A stretch of 64,000 bases of DNA. Source: the human T2T-CHM13v2.0 reference genome, Homo sapiens. Of this stretch, positions 12,751-25,168 are shown piece after piece; within the stretch, counting starts at the first letter, position 1, and every line of letters starts with the position of its first letter. Both the position numbers and the translations under genes were made by a program. The stretch lies in assembly GCF_009914755.1 (NCBI RefSeq), contig NC_060927.1; one strand, 5' to 3'. The notes under the pieces were generated by a model. The model saw nothing but the letters and a program-made list of their open reading frames with translations, was not told where the DNA came from and did no database searches.

Positions 12751-14088
12751 GTTAACACACAAACTTCCCCAAATGGTTTTTAATCGAAACGAGACAGCAG
12801 TAAAAATCCATGGCAAGAGGCTTATACACAAAGGTCACTAGGACATCCGTGGAACCTAGAATAAACCCATGTGAGTCTGTCATTTATGTAACTATCATTC
12901 ATCACATACATTATAACAACCTCTTAGAACCACACATTTGGAACACGTACACTGAAGTGCAAACTCTTTTTGAACTCATAAGAAAGGGAAACATTCTATT
13001 ATGTGGGTACTATATGTAGCATTGCATAGTATCATTAAGAGGAATAATTTGCCCAAAAACATGGCTAAACACATGTGTGCATGCACTAAGAGGCACATAT
13101 TTTTGTGTTGGAAGGGGATCAGGAGACATAAGTCATTATTTGCTGACCTTTAGCACAATGGATTTGAAAACATGATTTAGATCATTATAAGAAAACTATT
13201 TGTGGTTTAAAAAAGTGTTTAGAGGAATAGTAAACATGCATAAATATATAACTGGACACATTATTATCTCTGAAGTTTTTATGCCACCTTTTATGGTATG
13301 AAAACCATATCTTGACATTTTAGTGAACTACTTGACTCCACAAATGTGTATCTTCCTTAACTTTGATTGAAGTAAGTTTCCTTACTACTCTACTGATGAC
13401 TATGTAGTAAATAATGCATTTAAAAAACAGGAATAAGCCTTAAAATAAAAGCTGGGCAAGGAAATTGTATAATGTAACATATTAATATCAACTTTCTATC
13501 TAATGCAACAGCAAAGAAAGTAGAAAATGCATTTGTTACAGGAAAAAATGCAACTAAAAATGTATCCAATGTCTTGTTGAAACCAGTAAAATTACACTTT
13601 AAAAAATATTCACTTATAAACTTCTATCCATATGCCCTTTATAAATCATGCTTATTTCAGTCAGATTCTGGGTGATGACTCAGAGCAGCAGAGAGAGAGA
13701 CAGATAGAAGGCAATCAAGCTTCATGGGACTTTTGTACTTAGCATACTTTGTCTTACTTATCCACTCTATCTCTTTCCCTGCCTCCCTTTCCATGATAGT
13801 ACAGTTCAGTACAGCTAACTTCATTCTGGACTGACTCCAAATGGGTCAAAATACAAAACCCAATTTATTTACTAAATCCATATGAAATGGAGTTCTGTGA
13901 ATTGAGGCAATTAACCATTCTGACTTTTGTAGCTTGATTATTATAGGAATCTCTAGAATAGAACTAACTTTTCTATATATGCTTCCCATACTTAATTTAA
14001 ATATTTATTCTCTGTGAGTTAGGATAAGTGAGACAGATGAATACTAAAGAACAACTATATTTCTCAGAAGAAAAAGAAATTATTAATG

Positions 14089-14116
14089 CACGCACACACA
14101 CACAGACACACACACA
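14089..14116. repeat. (CA)n microsatellite
   Basis: cacgcacacacacacagacacacacaca. Confidence 0.88.
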
Positions 14117-14547
14117 TAGTGTTTTTTCCTTTCAAAGAATATGCTTCCTACATGCTGCAACTATGGGGAACACTAATTTGCAACTCCTCTTTCTCTTGTC
14201 TTTTTAGGTTATAAAAGAATGATTAATTATTCCACTTTGTTGCCCTGTTCCCCACTAAAGCTCAGATTCAAAGGAGTAGTTAAATATATCAACTGCATCA
14301 TCTCTATATAATTGAAATTTGTCATTATTTTGGCCATATGTCACAATTAAATATTTTTTGTGTTTGGGAAGTCTCCTGAAGGAAAATATAGAAACTTGCT
14401 TCTCCTGCCGGGATGCATAGATTTGACCCAGATTCCACAAGTCAGAATCTACACATGAAGCTTTAATCTGGAAACCAGTCATGTGGAGAGGTAAGCAGCA
14501 CTTGGGATTCACTATCATGACATGGATGGCTGCAGTGATGTTCCACA

Positions 14548-15010
14548 TTCAGGGTCAGGTTGGCGGTAATTGTAGCAATAGTGCCTGGTGCCAGCATGTG
14601 CTAGTCAGGCTGCAGTATTGGTGCCTGGAACTGGCTGGGGTCAGTATGCTTCCCCTGAAACTGTCTGTGGTATCCTTTCCTTGATATGTGAGTCACTAAA
14701 GCATGCTACTTAGGCATTCATTAGGATTCTGTGGGCTCTATAATAGTAACTGATAAATTTATTTTATCTTGAAAGTATGTTTTCAGGGTCAGGTTGGTGG
14801 TAATTGTAGCAATAGTGCCTGGTGCCAGCATGTGCTAGTCAGGCTGCAGTATTGGTGCCTGGAACTGGCTGGGGTCAGTATGCTTCCCCTGAAGCAGTCT
14901 GTGGTATCCTTTGCTTGATATGTGAGTCATTAAAGCATGCTACTTAGGCATTCATTAAGATTCTGTGGGCTCTATAATAGTAACTGATAAATTTATTTTC
15001 TCTTGAAAGT
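14548..15010. repeat. Two-copy tandem duplication, period 234 bp
   Basis: ttcagggtcaggttgg...tcttgaaagt starts at 14548 and at 14782; about 7 substitutions counted by eye. Confidence 0.97.
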
Positions 15011-16879
15011 GTTTAGTTTACAAACAAAACAACACATATATGCTACCACCAATTTTAAAGCATATACAATAATTCATTGCTTCAGGTTTCTTGAAATAAG
15101 TAATAGAGAACATGTATTGGTGAGAGCAGACAGAAGAAACCGATGGAAACAGCATCCTTGTCCACAGCTACAGGGAATAAATGAATGTTTTCCCTATTAT
15201 TCTGCTAGGAAGAATATATTTTCATCATAATTCTCTCCTTTATGGCAGTCTTATTTTAGGAGTTGAAGTTTAATACAATTTTAGTATGCAAGAAAAAATG
15301 GTCTCCATTGGAAATATAGTTAACATATAATTCCATATTGTGGCTTATTGTTAAAAGATGTTACCTTGCTCTGTACCAGCACACCTTTAATCTTTGGGAG
15401 AGCTGTTGATGATGCTAATCAGTCTCTTTAATGTTTGTCTTACCAGGGTTATTAATAAACTTTTCAAGTGAGCTGTGGGTTTTTGCTTATAGGGCTGTTT
15501 TCTTTCTGAAAACATAATAACATAGTCAGCTTTCTTCATAAGGACTCTGGAAAGAAAATAATTCAGAGCTACTACACTGAGCCATTATTATTTATAGATA
15601 TTTTACAATAGTATATAGGAAATATTTTGGTGCTGCAGCAAAAATATATAATTGTTTAAGGTGGAAAATTTGATAGAAAGAGATTTCTACTATGAAGAAG
15701 GATTTAAGTTTATCCTAGTGTTATGGTTTAAAGAACAATGTTGATCTTGGAGAATGCAAATAACAGCAGAGAGAGAATGTGCTTGAGTTAGGAGAAAGAG
15801 AGATGCAGAATTACGTGGGCACCCTGGGGGTTAACCAGCCAAGTTTAATATTTATCCCAGATCAGTAACTAAAATATCTGAAATGAGAAGCAGACATCCC
15901 AAAGCGGATGGTGTGGGTAAAGACTGAGGTGGGACACACAGCAGAGAATCTTGAACAGGAAAGCAGAGTCTGTAGGCTAAGAGCTGTAAGTCTACACTGG
16001 TCAATACCAGTCCTAGAGAAGTAACTGACATGAGAACTTTTATCTCATAAAGTGTTCCTTACATTCATGTGTAAATTATTTACAGATATCATTATATATA
16101 TATGTTTGTGTATGCATATATGTGCAATGATATTATCATTAGACCTTTGACAATTTTATAAAGAAGAAAGCCTTTCCCAAGAAAAAGAAAGAGCCTTCAT
16201 GTATGGTTTTATTAGCTACGTGGTTAATGTAATACCGTATGGCAGTTAAAATCAAGGTTCTAGTGTCGTAAGTGAACACTCTGTGGGGCTATAAGATGAG
16301 GGTCTATGTCTATGTATTTTCTGAGTGAAACAGTCATCGAAAACTGAAAAATATTTCCAGTGAAGAGAACAAGTATAAAAGCATGCTTGAAGCACATTTC
16401 GTAGGAAGCAGAATAGAAAGAGCAGAAACAGTGACATCAATAGAACATACGAAGATCAGTTTTGTTATACATTTTAGGCTGAATAAAAACATACAGGTAA
16501 GATGCTGAATATCTGTATGTTGGGACTAGAAAGTGTCTGCCATCAGCTTTAAGTGAGATAAATCAGCAAATAATGTTATCTGTATTATACTACACATTTA
16601 TTTTGAGGGGAAAGTATTTGCTAATTTAAACACAATGTTTTGCCTTCATTAAACAATTAGAACAAAGATATGTAACCTGAGCATAAATTCCTGTTGTGAA
16701 GTAGAAGACATAAAATCCTCAATAAATTCTTATTCCTCATGAATCCAAATAGCTTATTAGACTATGAAATACAAAGTTGACTTGATAATTATGAAGTTTA
16801 AGAGATTAGAAAAAACATAAAATCAATTGTCTTGTCATACTAGATTCTGTTTTTATACATAGTTATTACGCTACTTAAC

Positions 16880-17275
16880 TTTTATGGGCCGAATTATGTC
16901 TTTCAGGAATTCATATGTTGAAGCCCTACTTCCCCAGTATCTCAGAATGTGACCGTATTTGGAGATAGGGCCTTTGAAGAGGTGGGTAACAAAATGAAAC
17001 TAGTAGGGTGGGCCCTAATCCCATCTAATTAATGTTTTTATTAGAGGAAATTTGGACACACAGAGAGACACCAGGGGATCTCATATATAAAGGTCATATG
17101 ATGACACAGAGAAGAAGGTAGTCATTTGCAAGCTGAGAACACTCAGAAGAAACCAAATCTGATAATGCTTCGATCTTGGGCTTCTAGCCTCTAGAATGGT
17201 GAAAAAATTAATTTCTGTGGCTTAAGCCATCCAGTCTGTAGTATTTTATCATGGTAGCTTTAGGAAAGCAATACA
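16880..17275 (+). mobile_element. MLT1B-like MaLR solo LTR
   Basis: ttatgggccgaattatgtc...ctcagaatgtgaccgtatttggagatagggcc...ggaaatttggacacacagagagacaccaggg...aataca. Confidence 0.88.
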
Positions 17276-18654
17276 CTTACCATTGCATATGTTTTAGTGA
17301 AGCACATTCATATAATCTATGGATAATATACTGTATTCAATGAACATGTTTCGTTTGGTTCTACCTGTTATTGTTCAGCTCTTTCATAACATATGCTGAT
17401 GATTGGTAGACATTAACTTTTCATAACCCTTGAAATTTTGCATGGAAACCAAAGCTATATTAAAAGGAGGAGCTAAAATATAAATATCATTTGTATATCT
17501 CCATGTCAAAATTGCTAAACCCCCTTTTTATAGTTATAAATATGCTAACTGTACCTTTCTGCTTAAATTTTTTGCTCAAAGCCAGTTATCTTTGCATCAT
17601 TTCTCTGTGTGTGTGTGCATGTTGGGAATTAAATAAAAAGGAATAAGGCTGATATTATCGCAATGTGCAACACCATATAGTACATTGTAAACTATGAAAT
17701 AGCCTTGTAATTACTGACCACCCTTTACACTGGACACTGTGCAGTGAAAACTGTTTATTAAAACAGAACTCAATTTGATGCATACCAAAGATTTTCTCTT
17801 TTGTTTTCTTGCTTTTATTTATCCAACTTCTACTCTCAGAAAGTACCTGCAAAGCATTTCCCACAGAGCAATGATTAAAAACTTATGAGTGGGAATATAT
17901 TTTTTTCTGCTTCATAATAAATCAAGAGATGAGCACTCTTAGAAATAGCAGGTGTAGTCAAAAATTTGGGTAGCTATGCTAATCAATTTAGAGAAAAACG
18001 TTCTAATAAAGACGGATATGGTGACTCCTTTTCTCAATTCCCACACTCCCAGATGTTTCACATGCATTTTTCCCTTCAGAAAATGTCTTTATAGTACTGC
18101 ATTCTGAATTCTAAAATATTTGTGAGAAATTATTTAGCACTCAGGATAGCCCAGAGCCTGACACATAGCTCTTGATATATATGTCTTGCATGTCTGAATT
18201 CGATGTTTTGAAAAGTATTGCAGCAGAATCTGAATTGTCACTTAAACATTGATGTTATAATATGAGTAACTGAATCAATGTATATGGCTTATTTTAAGTC
18301 TGGATACTAAATAAAACTATGATCAAGTGAATCAAATGGTTCATTATGGGCTTAATCGTGCTGCAAAAGTGAATTGTAAAACTCAATTCTCGTCTGGATA
18401 TATTATCCAAATTTATTACTGACAAATTGCTTACCATAACTTAATGCACTGACAGCAATATATTATTTCATTTCCACATAAAAAGTGAGATAAATATATT
18501 GAAACTGTAATTCTAATTGTATTACCAAGCACCTGTTCTAAATTGAGAATTAATCATGCGTTTTAAAACAGACAGAAGTTATACCATGCAAACTTTTTCC
18601 TACCATCTAAATGGCTCATGTAACTAAAACTATTCATGAATTTCTGTGAACTGC

Positions 18655-19022
18655 TTTTTACTTTTATTTTCTTTTTAGTTAACAAATAATAGTTGTATAT
18701 GTTTATGAATTTCAGTGTGATGTTTTCATACATGTATGCACGGCAGAATGATCAAATCAAGCTAATTAGCATACCTATCAACTTAAATATCTGTCGTTTC
18801 TTTGTGGTGAGAACATTTAAGATCCTTATAGCAATTTTGAAATACAGAATTCATTACTACTATCTACAGTCACTAAACTGTGCAACAGAACACCAGAACT
18901 TATAGGAAATATAACTAATTGAAACTCTGTACCTATTGACCAATGGCTTCCCTTTCACCATACACTCTCACCTCCCTCCAACAGCCTCTGATAACCACCA
19001 TTCTACTCTCTGTATGTTCAAG
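18655..19022 (-). mobile_element. L1MA (MA8/9-like) 3' end
   Basis: T-rich tail, then atgatcaaatcaagctaattagcatacctatc...tttgtggtgagaacatttaagatc...aaccaccattctactctctg. Confidence 0.85.
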
Positions 19023-20640
19023 TTATTTGACAAATTTTTACGACAACTTGATTATTATGAGTTTCTGTGTGGATCTCTTTAGATTGATCTTATTTGGCCC
19101 TTTCAGCTTTCTGGATTTGGATTTCTATTTCCTTCATCAGGCGTGGGAAGTTTTCTGCCATTATTTCTTTGACAATGTCTACTGTCGCTTTCTCTTCCCC
19201 TTCTGGTATGTTGTTACACTTGATGGTGTCCCAAATGCCTGTTAAACTATCTTCACTCTCTTTATTTTTTTCTTTTTTCTTTTCAAATTGAAAGACTTTC
19301 AGTAACCTGTCTTCCAGTTCACTGACACTTTCTTCTGCTTAATCTAGTCTGCTATTGAACCCTTCTATTGAATTTTTCAGTTCAGCTATACTCCTCTTTA
19401 CCTCTATGATATCTGTTTGCTAATTTTTATGCTGCCTATCTCTTTGAGGAAATTCTCAGTTTGTTTTTGCATTGCTCTTCTAACGCTGGTGAGCAGCACT
19501 ATGGTCATTATTTTGAATTACCTGTTTTGTAAATTACATATTCCCACTTTATTTGGTTCAGCTTCTGGAGATTTCTCTTTTTCTCTTATATAGAATATAT
19601 TCCTTTTATAAAAAAATTTTCATTGACTCTCTGTGTTGGTTTCTGCACATTACATAAGACTCTACCAGTCTTGTTGCACTGGCACTGTATAGAAGAATCT
19701 CACCAATCCCTCTGATCAGATATTTTAATGTGCCTCTCATTTTTTTTTTTTTTTTTGGTCCAAACTGTTGTCTGTTTGGTGGTCTCTTGGAGCTTAGGAT
19801 GCGCCACATCCTGTCAATATTCTAAGACCAGTAAGATAGGAGCCAGACTCTCTAGATATAGGTGGAAAGATTGAAGTGTAGTATGTGTGTTTTAATCCCT
19901 TCTACCTTTGCAATGAAGTTTAGCGTAGCATTTACTGCTCACTCTCTCCGCATTAAGCCGGGAATGGAATCAATTGCAAATGCCCGTACTCGTCTTCAGG
20001 CTGTAATCTAATTCTGGGGAGATGTCTGCTTGGAGTGGGCCCATTGTATGTCCACCTATCTCTTTTCTGTGGTCTAGGATCACCCAGTAATGCAAGACCT
20101 ATCTCTCATAGCTAAGTTGCTAAGGAGTTAGTCCCTCAGATGGAAGCTAGAAAAGTTGTGGTACTTGATGTGTGGTCAAGCTCCTACCAGGAAAAATGAG
20201 TAGAACTGGATTTATCAGTGAGCAGCCTGGAGGAAAGGCTCCTGAGTGTCAAGCTGAGGAGACTCCCATACGCCTAGTACCAGAGATAAGAGGTTTAGGA
20301 TGGAGGTGGCTGTAAAAGTTGCAGGCACTGGATGCATGGCATAAACAGGGAGCTGCATTCTTAAAGCCCCTTCTCTGCACTGGTCTAAAGGAGGAAACCC
20401 CTGAAAGTACTTGCAATCCATATACAATGCCACTTCCCCGCTGCCACCCGTGGTCTAGATAGACTTGCATATAATTCGTTTCCTCTGTTCCCAGTGCTAG
20501 GAGGTTTAGGATGCAGTCCTTTTCAGGGTGGAAGCTGTAAAAGTTGGAGTGCTCAATATGTGAACAAGCTCCTTCTAGGCGCGATTAATAGGCCTAGAGT
20601 TATCACTGGGACTGTGGAAAGACATTTACCACTGTTTATT
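19023..20640 (-). mobile_element. Old L1M ORF1 and probable 5' UTR region
   Basis: tgggaagttttctgccattatttctt and gacactttcttctgcttaatctagtctgctattgaac are typical antisense L1M ORF1; the GC-richer distal part has repeated modules. Confidence 0.7.
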
Positions 20641-20719
20641 TGTCAGTGACAAGTATCATGTGGAATTTTGTCTTCCACTAAATATCCTGATTATACATGT
20701 AAAAATCTTTACAGATGTT

Positions 20720-21079
20720 TATCTTAGTCTGTTTCAGCTGCCTTAACAAATTAACATAGACTGAGAGCTTATAAACAATAAAAATTTATTTCTCGCAGTC
20801 TTGCAGGCTCACAGTCCATGATCGAGTCGCTGGTAGAATTGGTGTCTGGTGAGGCTCTTTTCCTCATAGATGGAGCTTTGTAGCTGTATAATCACAAAAG
20901 GGAAGAGGAAAACAAACTCCTCCGTGTCTGTTGTATAAAGGCATTCATCTCATTCACGAAGACTCCATCCTCACGACCTGATCACCTTCCAAAGGCTCCA
21001 CTTCCTAATATCACACTCTTGAGTGTTAGGATTTTAACATATGAATTTTGGAGGAATACAAACATTCAGACCACAGTGA
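20720..21079 (-). mobile_element. MLT1A-like MaLR solo LTR
   Basis: tcttagtctgtttcagctgcc...ttggtgtctggtgaggc...aacatatgaattttggaggaatacaaacattcagacca. Confidence 0.87.
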
Positions 21080-21764
21080 CTCTCATTTTTGGATACTTTT
21101 TAGGTACGCTTCAAAGTCTCCTCAAATATTTTACTTTTGTGTGAATACTCCCCTATTTTCTGAAAATTCAGGAAAGTAAAATGCAGAGTCATCATGGATT
21201 TACTATATGATTTGACAATTATGACAATGTATTTATTCTTTATATTCATTGAAAGATAAAACTTATTGCTTGATAAATCTGTTCATTAATCAACAAATAT
21301 ATTGAATGCCTAGTCTCTTATTGGTAATAAGCTACTATAGGTTTTATACAAAAGTGAATTGCCCTAGTCCCTTATTATGCTCAATTTCTAATATAGTGTG
21401 GATGATATGTAGTGGTTCGATTCCAAACTAGTTCTTGAGCACTATTCAGAACTAAATCCTCTTCTATTTCCAATGGTGTTGAGGAAGATAATAAAAGCTA
21501 CAAGATAAATGCTCTCAGGGGACTCTCCTTGGTAGATAATCTGTGCACATATGCCGATATATAGGAATTCCAATCAGTGGGCAATTCAGTGGTAAAGACA
21601 ATCTCAGTAATGGTCATTCAGTCACAAATTCAGTGGTAGAAATAATATTAGCTCTAGAACCGAAGCCATGAACAAATACTTTTAGTTGTACTAATTAGTG
21701 AGGGCTGACAGGTTTTCCACATCCCAGTGATAGCTTAAATCCCCAAACTCACTAACAGAAAATC

Positions 21765-22810
21765 TTTTTTTTTTAAATTATACTTTAAGTTCTAGGGTAC
21801 ATGTGCACAATGTGCAGGTTTGTTACATATGTATACATGTGCCATGTTGGTGTGCTGCACCCATTAACTCGTCATTTACATTAGGTATATCTCCTAATGC
21901 TATCCCTCCCCCCTCCCCCGCCCCTCGACAGGCCCTGGTGTGTGACGTTCCCCTTCCTGTGTCCAACTGTTCTCATTGTTCAATTCCCACCTATGAATGA
22001 GAACACGCGGTGTTTGGTTTTTTGTCCTTGCAATAGTTTGCTGAGAATGATGGTTTCCAGCTTCATCCATGTCCCTACAAAGGACATGAACTCATCCTTT
22101 TTTATGGCTGCATAGTATTCCATGGTGCGTATGTGCCACATTTTCTTAATCCAGTCTGTCATTGATGGACATTTGGGTTGGTTCCAAGTCTTTGCTATGG
22201 TGAATAGTGCTGCAATAAACATATGTGTGCATGTGCCTTTATAGCAGCATGATTTATAATCCTTTGGGTATATACCCAGTAATGGGATGGCTGGGTCAAA
22301 TGGTATTTCTACTTCTAGATCCTTGAGGAATTGCCACACTGTCTTCAACAATGGTTGTACTAGTTTACAGTCCCACCAACAGTGTAAAAGTGTTCCTATT
22401 TCTCCACATCCTCTCCAGCACCTGTTGCTTCCTGACTTTTTAATGATTGCCTTTCTAACTGGTGTGAGATGGTATCTCATTGTAGTTTTGATTTGCATTT
22501 CTCTATGACCAGTGTTGATGAGCATTTTTTCATGTGTCTTTTGGCTGCATAAATGTCTTCTTTTGAGAAATATCTGTTCATATCCTTCACCCACTTGTTG
22601 ATAGGGTTGTTTGTTTTTTTCTTGTAAATTTGATTGAGTTCTTTGTAGATTCTGGATATTAGCCCTTTGTCAGATGAGTAGATTGCAAAAATTTTCTCCC
22701 ATTCTGTAGGTTGCCTGTTCACTCTGATGGTAGTTTCTTTTGCTCTGCAGAAGCTCTTTAGTTTAATTAGATCCCATTTGTCAGTTTTGGCTTTTGTGGC
22801 CATTGCTTTT
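21765..22810 (-). mobile_element. L1PA (about PA4-PA5) 5'-truncated insertion of ~1.05 kb with frameshifted ORF2 C-terminus
   Basis: Poly-T, then ttatactttaagttctagggtacatgtgcac; ORFs 22477-22803 and 21980-22594 encode ORF2p C-terminal segments ([12 protein letters not shown]...; [20 protein letters not shown]). Confidence 0.97.
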
Positions 22811-23029
22811 TATAAATGTAAAAGAATGTTAGCATTGGCAGAGAAATGTTTGTATATAACTGTAATTGACCCCTCTAGGATGCATTTCTGTCAGGAAAGG
22901 AGATGCCATTCCCTATAAATCAATGGTCTTATGGTATCCTGCTTACACAATCCCAGGTTTCTTAATAATAAACAGTAAACTAACAAGTTTTCATTCACAG
23001 ATTGATAAAATTCCTAGACTTACATCTGC

Positions 23030-23215
23030 TAAAGAGAAACAAAAAGAAAAGGAGGGACAGCAATAGAAGAAGGAGGAGAAAGGAAAGGAGAAAAAGGGAG
23101 AGAGGAAAAAGGAGAAAAGAGAAAGGGGAGAGGATAAAGAGGCAGTGAAGGAGAGAATAAAACAGAGTAGGAAAAGGAAAGGAGAGGAGGAGAAGAAGAA
23201 GAAAAAGGAGACAAG
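23030..23215. repeat. Purine-rich (GA) low-complexity tract
   Basis: About 185 bp composed almost entirely of A and G on the + strand. Confidence 0.9.
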
Positions 23216-23309
23216 AACTTTATTCACATGTGTATTATCCATAATACAAAGTTGTCCCAATTTTAAGATTCCCATATTTATTTTCTGGTTTACCTTCATA
23301 TCACCTTCC

Positions 23310-23870
23310 AGGTTCCCATTGGCTTAGAATATAATCCAAACTGCTTATGTTGGTCTATGTCCTCAATAATCTAGATTCTGCAATCTCTCTAACTTCTTCA
23401 TAAATCACTATGTTCACTGATTACTAAGTCTCAGTACCAAATTCATTCAGTTATTTGCTTCTGTGCTCTTTCTCTTCCTTGCCATTCTTGTATAAATTTT
23501 CTCTTCTGACATTTTCCCCACTGATTATCTTTGAATAGATAATACTTTCTCTGTCATTTGATCTAAGCATGTATGCTGCATTCTCTGAGAGGTCCTCAGT
23601 GACATTACTATTTAAAGGAGCTCTTTATCTGTGTATCAGCACAATGTCTGTATTATTTATTTACAGTTTGTTTTTCTTTTTTTATTCTTTTCTTTTATTC
23701 AGACTCTATTCATCACTAGACCAAAAATTAGGCAGAAATAATACACATCTTCACTATTGATTAACTAATGCTGTGGATATGTGTCTCCTATAATGTAAGT
23801 GCTCAAGAAAATAGCTTATACATAATATAAACAATAGATATATTAATGCTGTAAATGCATGAATAAAAAA
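23310..23870 (+). mobile_element. L2 3' relic
   Basis: ttcccattggcttagaatataatccaaactgctta...; aagtgctcaagaaaat...atgaataaa. Confidence 0.55.
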
Positions 23871-24807
23871 ATAAATGTCTTCTGGCTTTAAACTCCTTAT
23901 GGATTACAACATTTCTGTTACTTTGATGGCTCTTTGAGATTTCCACAATTTTATTTATCTAAAATTATTCACTTACTGTCTGATTTTGGCTACAATTTTA
24001 TTCCAAGATTTCTTCTAATTTTATCAGTCACAATTCTGAGTTTCATTTCTACCATAAAATTTCAGAGTTATAGTTTGAAAATCTTTATATATTAGTTTTT
24101 ATTGTGACAACATATTTGCCAGTTATAGTTGACTGCATAATAACAATTGCTTGCCTTTCTTTTCTAGATAGAAATATTTTTGATCACTCACATCTCGAGA
24201 AAAAAAATCAGATAGTTCAATATAGTAGACTTTTACTTCATAACAGCAATTGACTTACGAGTCAGTAAAATGTCCTCATTTTGACAAAAGAGATACATGA
24301 GAAGAAAGTCTCCTCTTCCACTGGACTTTTGGTGCCTAAATGGTGCATGTGCCATTACTTTTTCTATCATGTTCCAGCTATAATAGCAGAGCAATATAGG
24401 AAGAAGAATCACAAGAATGGTCAACAGCCAAATTGAGAACTGCATGCTTATGTGCTATGCCATCTGACCCTTTTCTTTTCCAATACTTATAGCCAAAAAT
24501 CTCTTAAGAGAAACAGATAAAAGAACAGTAGAAAATATCACTTCCTCATCTTAAACAATGTAAAATCCCTCATTACTTAAGCTTAAAGACAGCACACTGA
24601 ATATTCTTGAATCCACTCACGTTGATTCAGAGCTCTTGTTCAAAATACAAATGCTCTAATATCCTCAGGGGCTTTTGTTGAGTTATAGATCTGTTTATAC
24701 TAATTATAAATGTCTTCAGATAAGAAAGAGTATTTGCCTGTTTTCATATTTTTTGGTCCATTTACCATAGCTTAAATACCACTTTCAATCTGTTGGCTTT
24801 AAAACAT

Positions 24808-25168
24808 TGTGTTAGTCCATTCTCATGCTTCTAATAAAGACATGCCCGAGACTGGGTAATTTATAAAGGAAGAGTTTTGATTGACTCACAGTTTCGCATG
24901 GCTGGGGAGGCCTCACAGTCATGGCAGAAAGCAAAGGAGAAGCAAAGGCACACCTTACATGGCCGCAGGCAAGAAAGCTTGTGTAGGGGAACTTCCCTTT
25001 ATAGAACTATCAGATCTCATGAGTCTTATTCACTATCAGGAGAACAGCATGGGAAAGACCCACCTCCATCATTCAATTACCTCCCACCAGGTCCCTCCCA
25101 CAACATGTGGGAATTATGGGAGCTAATTCAAGATGAGATTTTGGTGGGGACAAAGCCAAGTCACATCA
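24808..25168 (-). mobile_element. THE1B-like solo LTR
   Basis: tgtgttagtccattctcatgcttctaataaagacat...ttcaagatgagattttggtggggaca...atca; perfect 5-bp TSD AACAT at 24803 and 25169. Confidence 0.96.

Noticed and set aside
14548-15010. Tandem repeat as a CRISPR-like array
   Set aside because: Only two contiguous copies with no spacers and no cas genes, in a primate context.
21570-21640. Repeated aattcagtggta words
   Set aside because: Too short and irregular to support an array or functional repeat.
21980-22803. The longest ORF (204 aa) and the overlapping 108-aa ORF as a protein-coding gene
   Set aside because: They are frameshifted C-terminal pieces of L1 ORF2p in a 5'-truncated element with no promoter.
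22991-23327. Hydrophobic or charged ORFs as membrane or basic proteins
   Set aside because: Artefacts of the GA-rich low-complexity tract.
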